Positions 26,366 to 38,039 of a stretch of DNA of 64,000 nucleotides are shown here, piece after piece. The DNA comes from Octopus sinensis (Eukaryota). Positions within the stretch are counted from its first letter, which is position 1. Each line of letters starts with the position of its first letter. The notes below the pieces were generated by a model. The model did not search any database. It was given only the letters and a program-made list of their open reading frames with translations, and was not told the origin of the DNA. Made by a program: the position numbers and the translations under genes. The stretch lies in the NCBI RefSeq assembly GCF_006345805.1, contig NC_043016.1, positions 10,602,001 to 10,666,000 of the forward strand. Reading direction: 5' to 3'.

Positions 26366-26597
26366 AGAAAATAAAGGCGGTGAGCTGGCAGAACCGTTAG
26401 CACGCCTGGCGAAATGCGTAGCCATATTTCGTCTGCCGCTACGTTCTGAGTTCAAATTCCGCCGAGGTCGACTTTTCCTTTCATCCTTTCGGGGTCGATA
26501 AATTAAGTACCAGTTACACACTGGGGTCGATATAATCGACTTAATCCGTTTGTTTGTCCACTCTGTATTTAGCCCCTTGTGGGTAGTAAAGAAATAG
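26366..26597 (+). mobile_element. SINE family B with 15-bp TSD
   Basis: AAAATAGAGAAAGAG at 26351-26365 and 26598-26612. Confidence 0.9.
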
Positions 26598-27418
26598 AAA
26601 ATAGAGAAAGAGGCAACTAAAAGAGCTTCTGGAACAGTAGAATTACTGAGGCAAAAGTGAAGTAGAGAAACAAAAGCCAAAGCAAAGTTTCGAAGTTGAA
26701 AATTATGATGAAGGAAAAGGGAGCCATTGGAAGAGCCCATCCTGAAGAGCAAAAGAAAAATGAAATTGAATTACCAGAGTGGAATGAAAGGTGAGATTAT
26801 GTGGAATGTTGTCCTCTTCTGTAAAATACCTGAAAGCTTGTTCTATGACTAATTCACAGGTATAAACCAAACAGCATTCTTTAATTTTCTTCTGTGAAAT
26901 TGTCATTTTGTAGTCACCGTGTTTGGTGAGTAGTTCACATCGGATATATGAAGAGAAAGGTTACGACTTAGCTCATAGAATTATCCTGGTTCTGATGTGG
27001 TCTCTCCAGCCGTTGAACACAACCTTCTTTTACTCTTTTCTCTTCTCTTTTTTTTTTTTCAATGACTGGACTGTCTGCGGCCATGCTAGGACGCCACCTT
27101 GAATGAATGTTTGAGCTGAACAGATCAAACCAGTACTTATTTTTAAAGTCTGATACTCATGCTATCAGTATCTTTTGTTGAACCACTAGGTTACAGGGAC
27201 GTAAATATAGCAACACCAATTGTCAAGTGGTGGTGGTGAGGTGGGGGGGGGGATAAACACACACACGCACCCGAGTTTCTCTCTTAGTTTCCATCTACCA
27301 AATTCTGGTATCAGTAATTTCAGGAGTGGGGCTAAGTTGATTACTTCAACCCCAGTATTTGACTGGTGCTTAATTTATCGACCACCAAAAAAATGAAAGG
27401 CAAAGTTGACAACAATCA

Positions 27419-28027
27419 TCTATATACATATAAAAGAGAGATTCTGTCCGTTTGTGTGTTTGTCCCATAAAATGAAAAGGAATGGTTCTAGGAAGGCAAC
27501 ACTAATTGCACCCAAACCTATGACAAACTGCATTGAGGCAAATATTCTCACTGGTTGTGGTAAACGTGACACTGTCTTCATTCCTAGCATTCAAATTTAA
27601 GGCCCTACAGTTTTCTATCCCACTTTATTTTGCCTTGAGCATTAATAAAAATCAGGGCCAAACTATAAAAGTTGCTGGATTGCAACTTGAACAATAAACG
27701 GAAGTTCGTATATGAAATCCATCTTCTTTCTGCTTCACTTATTACATGTTTTTCTCTTATATAATACACACATACAGGACAAATAAACCTAAATCTGACT
27801 GACAGGACACAGCATTTGTCATTTCATTTCACTATTACTTACTGTTGTCTTGCCTTCCATTGCTGTGATAAAGCGTCAGAATTTCAGCACTAACATTGGC
27901 AGGGCACAGCATCTGTAATTTCATTTCACTACTAATTACTGATATTTCTAATCAAAAAAATGTCTCCTAAAAAAGATTGTCAAAAAAGAACACCAAACAA
28001 ACGCACGACGTGCAATGCTTTTTCTAT
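27419..28027 (+). mobile_element. Candidate second non-autonomous Helitron
   Basis: A|TCTATATACATATAAAAGAG 5' end; hairpin GCACGACGTGC (28003-28013) 10 nt before CTAT, not the canonical CTRR. Confidence 0.45.
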
Positions 28028-28105
28028 ATGAACAGTGATGTTCCACTTGACCTGCAGCATTTTCAGTGCCATCGCAGTCAACTGGATTCCATAAAGCTAT
28101 TCTTC

Positions 28106-28395
28106 AGTTCTATATTTAAGAGATGAGGAATTATGCTCTTAACCACTATGCCTACAGGCATTTGGCTCAGTGGTTAAGAGCACAGGCTACTAACCCCAAG
28201 ATTCCAAGTTCGATTCCAGGCAGTGACCTGAATAATAATAATAATAATAATAACAACAACAACAAATAGCTTAGGACTGAGAACCCAGGTTCGAAATTTC
28301 CCCCAAGACACCTGATGAAGGCTGGAGGGTAAATCAGCTGAAATGTTGTGTTAACAACAAACAAGATGAGGACAAATATCCGTCAAATGTAAATG
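28106..28395 (+). mobile_element. Short retroelement: tRNA-like head + (AAT)n + hammerhead-like 3' part
   Basis: A-box TGGCTCAGTGG 28163-28173, B-box GTTCGATTCC 28208-28217, hammerhead core 28307-28352, flanking direct repeat AAGCTATTCTTC at 28094-28105 and 28396-28407. Confidence 0.7.
28307..28352 (+). ncRNA. Degenerate minimal type I hammerhead ribozyme motif
   Basis: GACAC-CTGATGA-A-GGCTG(loop)CAGCT-GAA-ATGT-T-GTGTT: stems I and II pair; stem III ATGT may be decayed palindromic ACGT. Confidence 0.65.
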
Positions 28396-28656
28396 AAGCT
28401 ATTCTTCTATATGATATACCCATTTTTCTAGCTTCTCGGCCCAAGAAACAGTAAAAGTAATTACCCAATCAACGATTGGTATTACTGCTAGTAATTAATA
28501 AAAATAATAATCAGTTTATTTTTGTTGTCAATATTCAGTACTATTATCTCTCTTAAAGTGCCCAACGCTTATGAAGTCTATAGGTAAACTGTTAATTAAT
28601 AGAATATTATTATTTCTAAATCTCTGAACTAGAGACATTCAGTAACAGTATTCTAG

Positions 28657-28966
28657 AGTAAAGATCATTTACCAACATAATGTTGCAGTCCTGGTTAGAA
28701 CGATTATTACTGTTATTTAGCCCTAAGAAACATTGTCCCCAGCTGGCTGTATGACACACTATCTGCGTCCTTATATTTTTGAACAAAGGAGTTTTGCGTC
28801 CCCACCTAGCTCAAAAGCAATATCTGTGCACTGAATAACTGCTCAGCCAGAGATGACACCACTAAACTCTTGTTTGAAATATATACTTTCCAAAGTGACA
28901 CACTAAATAACAGTAACAATCATCCTAACCAGGACTGCCACATTATGTTGGCAAATAATCTTTACT
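28657..28966. mobile_element. MITE with ~65-bp terminal inverted repeats
   Basis: AGTAAAGATCATTTACCAACATAATGTTGCAGTCCTGGTTAG.. mirrored at 28903-28966. Confidence 0.8.
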
Positions 28967-29053
28967 GCCGCTTGATTATTTTTCTAAAAAGTAAGTGGGT
29001 AGGAATGGAGATGTAAATAATCATATTCTTTGGAATGAGAAATGGAGGCTTAC

Positions 29054-29199
29054 CTGACGGACTTATGATGTGTCTGTGAGGAAGACCAGTTAGATCTCTT
29101 CGCTCTTATGTTCCACAGTTTCCTCCTCTTTGGGTCACAAGGAACCCTAAAGGCACATAACAAATCCTGTACTAATATATGGACACTACAACAAGCCAT
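29054..29199 (-). CDS. Candidate first coding exon of an unidentified host gene
   Basis: accATGG start, 48 open codons MACCSVHILVQDLLCAFRVPCDPKRRKLWNIRAKRSNWSSSQTHHKSV, strong donor CAG|GTAAGC, non-repeat context; no downstream exon identified. Confidence 0.4.
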
Positions 29200-30233
29200 G
29201 GTAAACTAATACTCAATACTGACTTCAGCAGATTGCTTTGATACAAACAAGGTTTCTGTGACCTGTGTGATAAAACCCAAGTAGCTCGTCTTGATGAGCA
29301 ACCAATGATACTCAAGTTTCCTACGGTGGTTTTCGGTTTATTCTACCTTAAGCTTTCTCTTAGGTTATATTATTTTATTTGTCTTTTCTCTGAGTAAGGG
29401 AGAATATAATGATTCAACGTCACTTATACCAAAGCGTTATCATTATACCTAAAAACCCTAACTACAGTTATAACGTCATAGAGACATATACGCATGGAAC
29501 GCTATATTAACGACATGTATGTATAATATTTTAGTCGTATCCTTTAAACCGCTATAAGAAAAACACAAGTTAAGGATTACAGAAATGCATATTTATCTAT
29601 GCTCAGTTGAAAAACAAACGTGAAGAGAAACCTTTTCTTTTTAATTATTTTTTATTAAATAAATATAACATTTTATATTTTTTTTACAGTAAGAAAGATA
29701 ACTTTGTCGTGGAGAAAAACGACTATAAATTCCTTAGCTAATTTCTTCTTTCTATCTAATACATTAACCAACAAATCAAAATAGATTTGTGATTAACTTA
29801 GACATGGCATAAAAATTACCGATGTCTCCAAAAGAGTGAGTGACGTGGAGTTATGTGACACCAACGAACACTGAAATATTTTCCCAAATCCAGGGTTTTT
29901 ATAACTGCTCAACTTGACTAAAAAGAATCGAAATCCATGACAGATATTCTTTTCGAAACTTCTAGAATCTTTATATGAGCAGTTATATTAACCAATGGAA
30001 AAAAATGAAAATGATAATTCTTCGGCAATACGACATTACGTCATATTGCCAATTCGAGCCACATTTCAAAATGGCTAAAATGGTTATTGCTACACAAGCA
30101 ATCCCATTGTTGGTTCTTAATTTCTATAATGCTTATGGTGTATGTGGACATGGCCTGAGAAATCTGTCACCGTTTGGAAATTTATGAAAAGATTTTCAAA
30201 ATTCCCCAAATAACAAAATTATAAAGACGTGAA

Positions 30234-30642
30234 GTAGGAGTGGCTGTGTGGTAAGTAGCTTGCTTACCAGCCACATGGTTCCGGGTTCAGTCCCACTGCA
30301 TGGCACCTTGGGCAAGTGTCTTCTACTATGGCCTCAGGCTGACCAAAGCCTTGTGAGTGGATTTGGTAGGCGGAAACTGAAAGAAGCCTGTCGTATATAT
30401 GTATATATATATATATATGTGTGTGTGTGTTTGTGTGTCTGTGTTTGTCCCCCTAGCAGTGCTTGACAACCGATGCTGGTGTGTTTATGTCTCCGTCACT
30501 TAGCGGATCAGCAAAAGAGACCGATAGAATAAGTACTAGACTTACAAAGAATAAGTCCTGGGGTCGATTTGCTCGACTAAAGGCGGTGCCCCAGCATGGC
30601 CACAGTCAAATGACTAAAACAAGTAAAAGAGCAAAGAGAGTA
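30234..30642 (+). mobile_element. SINE family A, full length
   Basis: Full match. Confidence 0.9.
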
Positions 30643-30705
30643 ACTGATGCACTGAGTCAAACATGAGGAAAATGGTTGTGAAGTGCAAACGAACCATTAA
30701 TTGCT

Positions 30706-31494
30706 TTAACCTTTTAGCATTTACCCCAGCCATGTCTGGCCAAAATATTCCTGTTTTATGTTCAAACTGGCTATATCCAGCCTCTCACACCTACCCTAGA
30801 ATGTTATTCTAAAAATAAATAATCACATCGTCAAAGTCTTGAAGCTATGAGATATTGTATGATTAATTCAAAACAATGTGAATAAATAAGGATTACATTT
30901 GACAAGTATGATCTGAATATCAAAGGGTTGATCCTCAGCCATATCCTAAATAAACTGTTTTATGTTCAAACTGGCCAAATCTGGTCAGTTCCGGTCAGCT
31001 AGGTAAGGTCTTTCTAAAGCTAACCAATCACATCATCGCAATCTCAAATCTAAGAGATAATACATAATTAATTGAAAACAATGAATAAATAAGCATTGCA
31101 TTTGACTGGATAATCTGAATATTAAAGAGTTAATCCTTTAGCATTTAAACTGGCCATATTCTAAATATTCTGTTTGGCCAAATTTGGCCAGTTCTGGCCT
31201 ACCAGGCAATGACTTTTCAACAGCTAAACAATCACATTGTCAAAGTCTTGAAGCTATGAGATAATGCATGATTAATTCAAAACAATGTGAATAAATAAGG
31301 ATTTCATTTAACAGAGTAGCCCAAATATCCAATCCGTTTTATGTTCAAACAGGCTAGATCCAACCTCTTACACCTACCCAACAATTTCATTGTAAACCAT
31401 TCAGATCATTGAAATCTCAAGATTACGAGATTAAACAACGTGAATAAATAAACATTACATTTGACAGAGTAATCTGAATGCTGAAGGGTTAAAA
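30706..31494. mobile_element. Cluster of about four MITE family 2 units
   Basis: Repeated CCT(T)TTAGCATTTAA..GAAT(G/A)(C/T)(T/C)AAAG(G/A)GTT(A/G)A units; a further copy at ~31845-32043. Confidence 0.8.
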
Positions 31495-32169
31495 GTGAGT
31501 GACTAGATAATGTAATGAAAACTGCCTCTCCCAAAAATTCACGAGAGCTGATAAAACATTCAGCTGCAATGAAATATTTATTGATGTGTGCTACTACAAC
31601 TGGAGTTGTTGGTGTCCATTGTGATGCAGTGTTTTGCTGAGTATTTTGTAAATCAGAAGAAGTCTGATGGCACTTGGAAGCTGAGCTTTTTTTTTTTTTT
31701 GAAATACTATTCAATAATACGTCTGAATGGTGTGACACAAACTTTGGCAGCAAAGTCATTCATTGCCGGTCACAGGAGTTCTGCATATACTGTGTGACAG
31801 TTTGGATAACTGGGAATCAAAGCAATGAAGCCCATAAAAAATTTGTGCTGGATATGGCTGGTTTAAATACTAAAAGGTTAATATGCTAACTCACCTGATT
31901 CAATTACTTGCACCTAGCCTACAAGGTCGTTCTAAAAATGAACAATTGGAATTTCAAAGGTACGAGATAATGCATGATTCATTCCAAAACTGTGTGAATA
32001 AATAAGCATTGCATTTGACTAATCTGAATCCTAAAAGGATAAAGTTCTTGTTGATAATGTCTCGTTAGCTGTTTAACATAAATAACATAAAAAGCTCGTT
32101 AATTTCAATTCAGCATATTAATGAACAAATCAGCAAGTATGTTGAACTCTTAGATAACTGGCAAAGCAA

Positions 32170-32990
32170 AAATTATTCATTGGAATTTTTGGAAACAATT
32201 GACCTCTTTCGTGTGTCTGTGTTTGGGGTAAATGGTGCCATGTTGAAACCTTTCAACCTGAGTTTTGGACTTCAGCTGGGGTGTGTATTTTCGTCTCCCT
32301 TTTCCATAATTTTTATGAATTGGATTGATATGTACAGCTGTTGTGGAAGTGGCATCACAATTTCTGGTTGTAGGATTGGTCAGCTGAAACTTGCAGACGG
32401 CATGGTGCTGCTTGCAGGTGTTGGCTCAGTAATATGCCAACACCTGTAACAAGTCTTCAAAAGAGGAGAAGCTGGTTAAAGAAAAAGAAACACCGAACTT
32501 GCTATCTTTGATTTTTGGTTTTCATGCCGTATACTAACCTGTGGTGACAGATTTTGAGTAATGAGTGAAAGAGTAGAATCACAAATACAAATGGCCAAAA
32601 TGTGGTTCCTCTGATGAGCCTTGGGAGTAATGTTACCTGAGTGGGTGGGTGCATGGATCAGAGATCAGTGAACTCACTCCAGGTTGAGCTGTCTTTTCAA
32701 ATCATTGAGAGATCACAGCTCTGATGTTATGGACATGTGATTAGGATGTTACAAGAAAGAATCATAAGACAGATTCCTCAATCCAAGCCAAGTGGCAGGA
32801 GACCAAGAATGAGATGGTCAGATAATATCCATAATCTCAGTTGGTCATTCTTGGAAATCCAGCAAGAAAATGTAATGATGGTTGCTTCTGATAGGATCTT
32901 ATGGAAGAGGTGCCTGAGGACATTCCCTGCCATGACTCTTCCCAGGGACAGTGAGTGGAGAAGATGGATGGATGAAAATTTGTATTCCTT
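32170..32990 (+). mobile_element. Decayed RTE-type LINE (second family), RT to 3' end
   Basis: GLQLGCVFSSPFSIIFMNWI..LADGMVLLA (RT motif remnants), GHVIRMLQERIIRQ..GRRPRMRWSD, (GGAT)n end. Confidence 0.75.
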
Positions 32991-33119
32991 CTGTATGTAC
33001 AAATCAATACCTTTTGCGTTCACAACATACAACTGTAATGTCTTATATTTTTGTACTCTTTTGCTCTCTTCTAACACAAATCTATTTCTTGGTGTTTCAA
33101 ATGATGCGCCGCCAGTTTG

Positions 33120-33810
33120 GCCACATAAAAAGCACTGGCCATGTGAAAAGCACTGATGATAGTGCCACATAAAATGCACTGGCACAGGTGCCATGTAAAA
33201 AGTGCCTATGTTGGAGTTATGTGAAAAATACTTATACTGGTGTCACATTAAAAGTACTAGTGTAGGTATCACATACAAAAAAAAAACTATGCTGAATGTG
33301 CCACATAAAAAGCACTAGTGATGGTGCCACATAAAAGGCACTGGTGATGGTGCCATGTAAAAGGCACTGGTGATGGTGCCACGTAAAAGGTACTGGTGAT
33401 GGTACCACATAAAAGCAATAGTAATGGTGCTACGTAAAAGGCACTGGTGATGGCGCCATGTAAAAGGCACTGGTGATGGTGCCACGTAAAAGGTACTGGT
33501 GATGGTGCCACATAAAAGCACTAGTAATGGTGCCACGTAAAAGGCACTGGTGATGGCGCCATGTAAAAGGCACTGGTGATGGTGCCACGTAAAAGGTACT
33601 GGTGATGGTGCCACATAAAAGCACTGATGATGTAAAAGGCACTGGTCATGTAAAGAGCACCCAGTAATCTTTGTAAAGTGGTTGAACTTAGAAAGGGCAT
33701 CAAGCCAAAATAAACCATGGATCCTGGTGCAGCTCCTGCCAAACTATCCAACCCATACCAATGTGGTAAACAAACGTTGAATAACAATAATAATAATGAT
33801 GATGATGATT
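33120..33810 (+). repeat. RTE 3' UTR-derived minisatellite (25-26-bp unit) ending in an RTE tail
   Basis: AAAAGGCACTGGTGATGGTGCCA(C/T)GT repeats, then GGGCATC..CCAACCCAT..(AAT)n(GAT)n. Confidence 0.85.
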
Positions 33811-34347
33811 TGCATAATATTTCCTGCTGTTTTATCAGTGTTTTAGTTTCACTATTGTTACAGTTCTATTTTCTGATCAAAACTTGTTTTTTCATATGCA
33901 CAACACAGTATTACAGACGACCTTGCCACGTTATCTCTATTTTTTTTAGTCTTTTAGTAAACAAGCAAGAGATATTTTCTTTCCTGGTTTACAGAGTTAA
34001 ATGAAAGTGAAATTATTATATTAACAAAGGCACTTCCCTGTTAATCATTACTTCTTTTGTGAACCCATGGGAACATTTTTCCAAACCATTTCAAAGCTTT
34101 CTGTGTTGTCCAGTTAACTGATGCCCGGTGCATAATTTTGTCATATAATCAAATACTCTGTAATAATGCGCAGGTCATAGGCACAGACATGATTATGTGG
34201 CTGCGAAGTTCACTTTGCAGCCATGTCGATTTGGGTTCAATCCCACTGCATGGGTGGTACCTCAGGCAGATGCCTTCTTTTATAACTTCAGGCCAACTAA
34301 TGCCTTGGGAGGAAATTTGGTTGGCAGAAACTCTATGGGAGGCCATC

Positions 34348-34392
<45 letters not shown>

Positions 34393-34516
34393 AAATGAAA
34401 GATGTAAGATAGAATGTACGAGAATTTTTATTATTAATCATAGGCGGGACACTTAACAACTAGTTCAGGAGCACCCGACAGTGCAGATGTGTCTCATCGG
34501 GTGATAGACACAACTC

Positions 34517-34547
<31 letters not shown>

Positions 34548-34550
<3 letters not shown>

Positions 34551-35128
34551 GAGACCTTTGGAAATATGCAGTGTGTGAGAAGACCCAGCAAGCCAAGTGA
34601 GACCATAAACCCATGGCCTATGCCAGGGGTGTAACCAGCCCACTTATGCATATCTTTCCTTCATTGGACACTAAACTCTGCTAGCGAAGACCTGTTGAGG
34701 CAAGTGAAATCGAAATTGAATCAAATCTGATGACTGGCACCCGTGCCAGTGGAGCGCTAAGAGCACCATCCGAGCGTGATTGTTGCCAGAGCATCTGACT
34801 GGCTTCTGTGCCGGTGGCACGTGGAAAAAACATTCGAGCGAGGTCATTGCCAGTGTGCTGGACTAGCTCCTGTGCAGGTGGCACGTAAAAGAACACCATT
34901 TGAGCATGGCCGTTGCCAGTACCGCCTGACTGGCCCTCGTGCCAGTGACATGTAAAAGCATCCACTACACTCTTGGAGTGGTTGGCATTAAGAAGGGCAT
35001 CCAGCTGTAGAAACTCTGCCAGATCAGATTGGAGCCTGGTGTAGCAATCTGGTTTGCTAGTCCTCAGTGAAATCGTCCAACCCAGTCTAGCATGGAAAGT
35101 GGACATTAAACGCTGATGATGATGATGA
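34548..35128 (+). mobile_element. RTE LINE ORF end + complete 3' UTR
   Basis: GAGACCTTTGGAAATATGCAGTG..GAAGACCTGTTGAGGCAAGTGAAA..(GAT)n; an opposite-strand tail lies at ~35135-35250. Confidence 0.8.
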
Positions 35129-35715
35129 TATATAATCATGAACATCATTAAACATCCGCTTTCTTTGCTGGCATGGGTTGGATGATTTGACTGGCACTGG
35201 TAAGCTGGAGAGCTGCACCAAGTTCCAGTCTAATTTGGCATCGCGCACGTGTGTATGCATGCACTGTGTGTTTTTGCCCCCCCTCTCCTGCACACATGCA
35301 CACACACACACACACACACACTCCACTGCTTGACAACAGGTAGCTGTTCCGCATAAGAGACTAGTAGAATAAGGAACAGGTTTTTTTTTAAAAATAGGTA
35401 CTGGAGTCAAATTTGATCAACTAAATTTCCCAGGGTGGTGCTCCAGCATGGTCGCAATCCAATGAGTGAAACGAGTAAAAGATTAAAAACCATATTTTAG
35501 AAGATTATGCTTTTGGAGTTAAGCAATTGCAGTTGAATTTCAGCAACATGCCACAGGCATTCCCCACCCTCCCACCCCTTGTGATTCATATGCATGGCTA
35601 ACCATGCAAATGTTCCCCACCACCACCTTTACTTGTGTGAACTGGCAATTAGTAGGTGAGAAGAGAATGAAATCTGCAGCAAATAGTCTGCAAATACTCT
35701 TCTGAGTTGTGTATT

Positions 35716-36196
35716 TTAACCCTTTTCATTACTGTATTTCTGTTGAGGTGCTGTGTTTCTTTCAATTATTTTAAATATAACAAAGAATTTAGTAAAATAA
35801 TTTAGTTATCATTCAGCTAGTCTTAGGAACATAAATTGTGACTAAGGTTTGGGGAAAGATTTTAATTCAGAACTTATGAAAACAAGACATTTGTACTACA
35901 GAGCCAGAGATGGTTTCAGCTGGGCTGGTAACAAAAGGGTTAAAAGTTGTTTCTCTATTATATATTTTAACCCTTTTGTTACCATATTTCTGTTGAGATG
36001 CTTTATGTTTCTTTCAATTAATTTTAAATATGATAAAGAATTTAGTAAAATAACTTAATTATCATTAAGCTAGTGTTAGGAACATAAATTGTGACTAAGG
36101 TTTGGGGAAAGATTTTAATTCAGAACTTATGAAAACAAGACATATGTACTACAAAGCCAGAGGCGGTTTCAGCCAGGTTGGTAATGAAAGGGTTAA
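35716..36196 (+). mobile_element. Tandem pair of MITE family 1
   Basis: Two TTAACCCTTTT..AAAGGGTTAA units with the same 23-bp spacer as at 3.4 and 11.5 kb. Confidence 0.9.
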
Positions 36197-36448
36197 TGCT
36201 ATAAAAATTGCTTTTGCAATTTTTATAGCATTAAATGATGACTTTGCGTTAAGACTGTTGCCGTTTTCTAATTGGTTGCTTTGTATGAAGACAGATTTTC
36301 TTCATGCAGATGCTCTTCCTGTCACAAACCATTACCTGTTTCCATGCAAGGAAATAATATGACCCCATGGTTAGACATGTTTTTGCTGGACAACATCACT
36401 TGTTTAACAGTGATGCTCATTTACAACCATCATGATGCCTAGACAAGG

Positions 36449-36482
<34 letters not shown>

Positions 36483-36689
36483 ACCTGTCGTAGTTGTTAA
36501 TTTTCTTTTTATGTGCTTACCCTGCACTTTATCGTTACATTATCTTCATGCCTCAGTAGTTATTTATACGATTGCCTTAAGAACAGAACTTTAATCCCTG
36601 ACATTGTTTCGTGTCAGTTACAGGCCCTAGTCACAGCTACAGTATCACTGTTTCATTCATAATTTACAAGATTTCAGTGCCGCATCACT

Positions 36690-36990
36690 TGGTAAACACC
36701 TACAAAGTTATCAACCACCTCACCAACAACAACACTGAACACTTTTTTGATCTCCATGTGTCTAACACACATGGACATGCCTACAAAGTCAGAAAACAAC
36801 ATAGCTCCCATGACTTTCGGAAACATTTTTTCACACTCAGAGTTGCTGAAGCATGGAATAAACTGCCTGTGTCAGTTGTTGACTGCCATGACACTGCATC
36901 CTTTAAGGCCCTCATGCTTTCCGAAATCCGCCGAAACTACACCTGAGCACTGTACACAATGTTTTATTATTATTATTATTTTATATGTTG
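36690..36990 (+). mobile_element. CR1-type LINE 3' end
   Basis: YKVINHL..SNTHGHAYKVRKQHSSHDFRKHFFTLRVAEAWNKLPVSVV, the CR1 ORF2 C-terminal signature, followed by (ATT)n. Confidence 0.8.
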
Positions 36991-38039
36991 TTGGTGGTGT
37001 TGCTGAAATTTAGGTGCAATGATTGACTCCAAACACATAATCTTCCGATTACATCTGTAACATTTGAAATTCTGCGATAAAGGCCACACCATGCATCGAT
37101 TGAGTGACCTCTGCCGCTAATACTTTGCAAAAGAAAGTGTGTTAGGCTTGTCGTTCATCTCACTGCTTTATTCTCGACCACTCTGCAAAACACCACCTGT
37201 CGTGTTTGCTTTGGCACTCAGAACCACATATATTCATATTGTCATATGCTTTGCCTTTTTTAGCTGCTTCACAGGCGACCAGCAAACACTTGCGCCTGTT
37301 TAGTATATTGTATTTTTCAAATGAAAATCAATAAAATATTAAAAAAAAAAAAAAGAAAAGTGGAAATTATATGTAGACAGCAGTTTAAACTCATTTTAAA
37401 TCTTTCTATACAATAACCTACTAGAAAGATGTCCCATTCCTATTGATAAATTACACAAAAGATACAGAGCATTCGTTGCTGTCTGTTGTGGAATGTTCTA
37501 TATCTTTTATGTCAACTCTGTATGTGTGTGTAAGGTTTAAAATGTTTTTGTTGAATTTTTAAATGTAAGCAGATATCTATAGTTGATAGATCAGGTAATT
37601 GTTGACAGTCTGTGAAATATGTTTAGGGAACATCTGTCGTCATTGTTATGCCCGGGTCATGAAAATGATTAGCATTGAATTCTTTTCCTGTTTTGGATTT
37701 GTGTGTGTGTGAGAATGAGTGTACGTGCGTGCGTATGCACACACGCACACGCACACACATGTATATACAGACACATTCACACACACACAAACACATGTAT
37801 ATACAGACACATTATACATACACATACACACACATCATCATCATCATCATACATCTGCTTTCCATGCCGGCATGTGTTGGACGGTTTGACATGGAGCTTC
37901 CCAGACTCCAATTGTCTGTTGTCGCATGGTTTCTATGGCTGGGTGCATTTACACAGCATCGGAACTTGGAAGGGCCAGCATGTAGAAGATAGCGATTTTA
38001 CTCACACTCTCACATATATATGTACATTATTAGGGGGTG

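Noticed and set aside
26240-26800. Purine-rich coding-like stretch ending in AG|GTGAGA, split by a SINE
   Set aside because: Stops occur in the frames I checked after removing the SINE, and there is no recognisable domain.
28157-28230. Functional tRNA gene (also 25388-25460)
   Set aside because: A and B boxes are present, but I cannot form an acceptor stem, and there is no poly-T terminator. These read as SINE heads.
33120-33660. CRISPR-like array of short palindromic repeats
   Set aside because: Units are contiguous with no unique spacers, derive from a LINE 3' UTR and lie in eukaryotic DNA. The same applies to 46740-49215.
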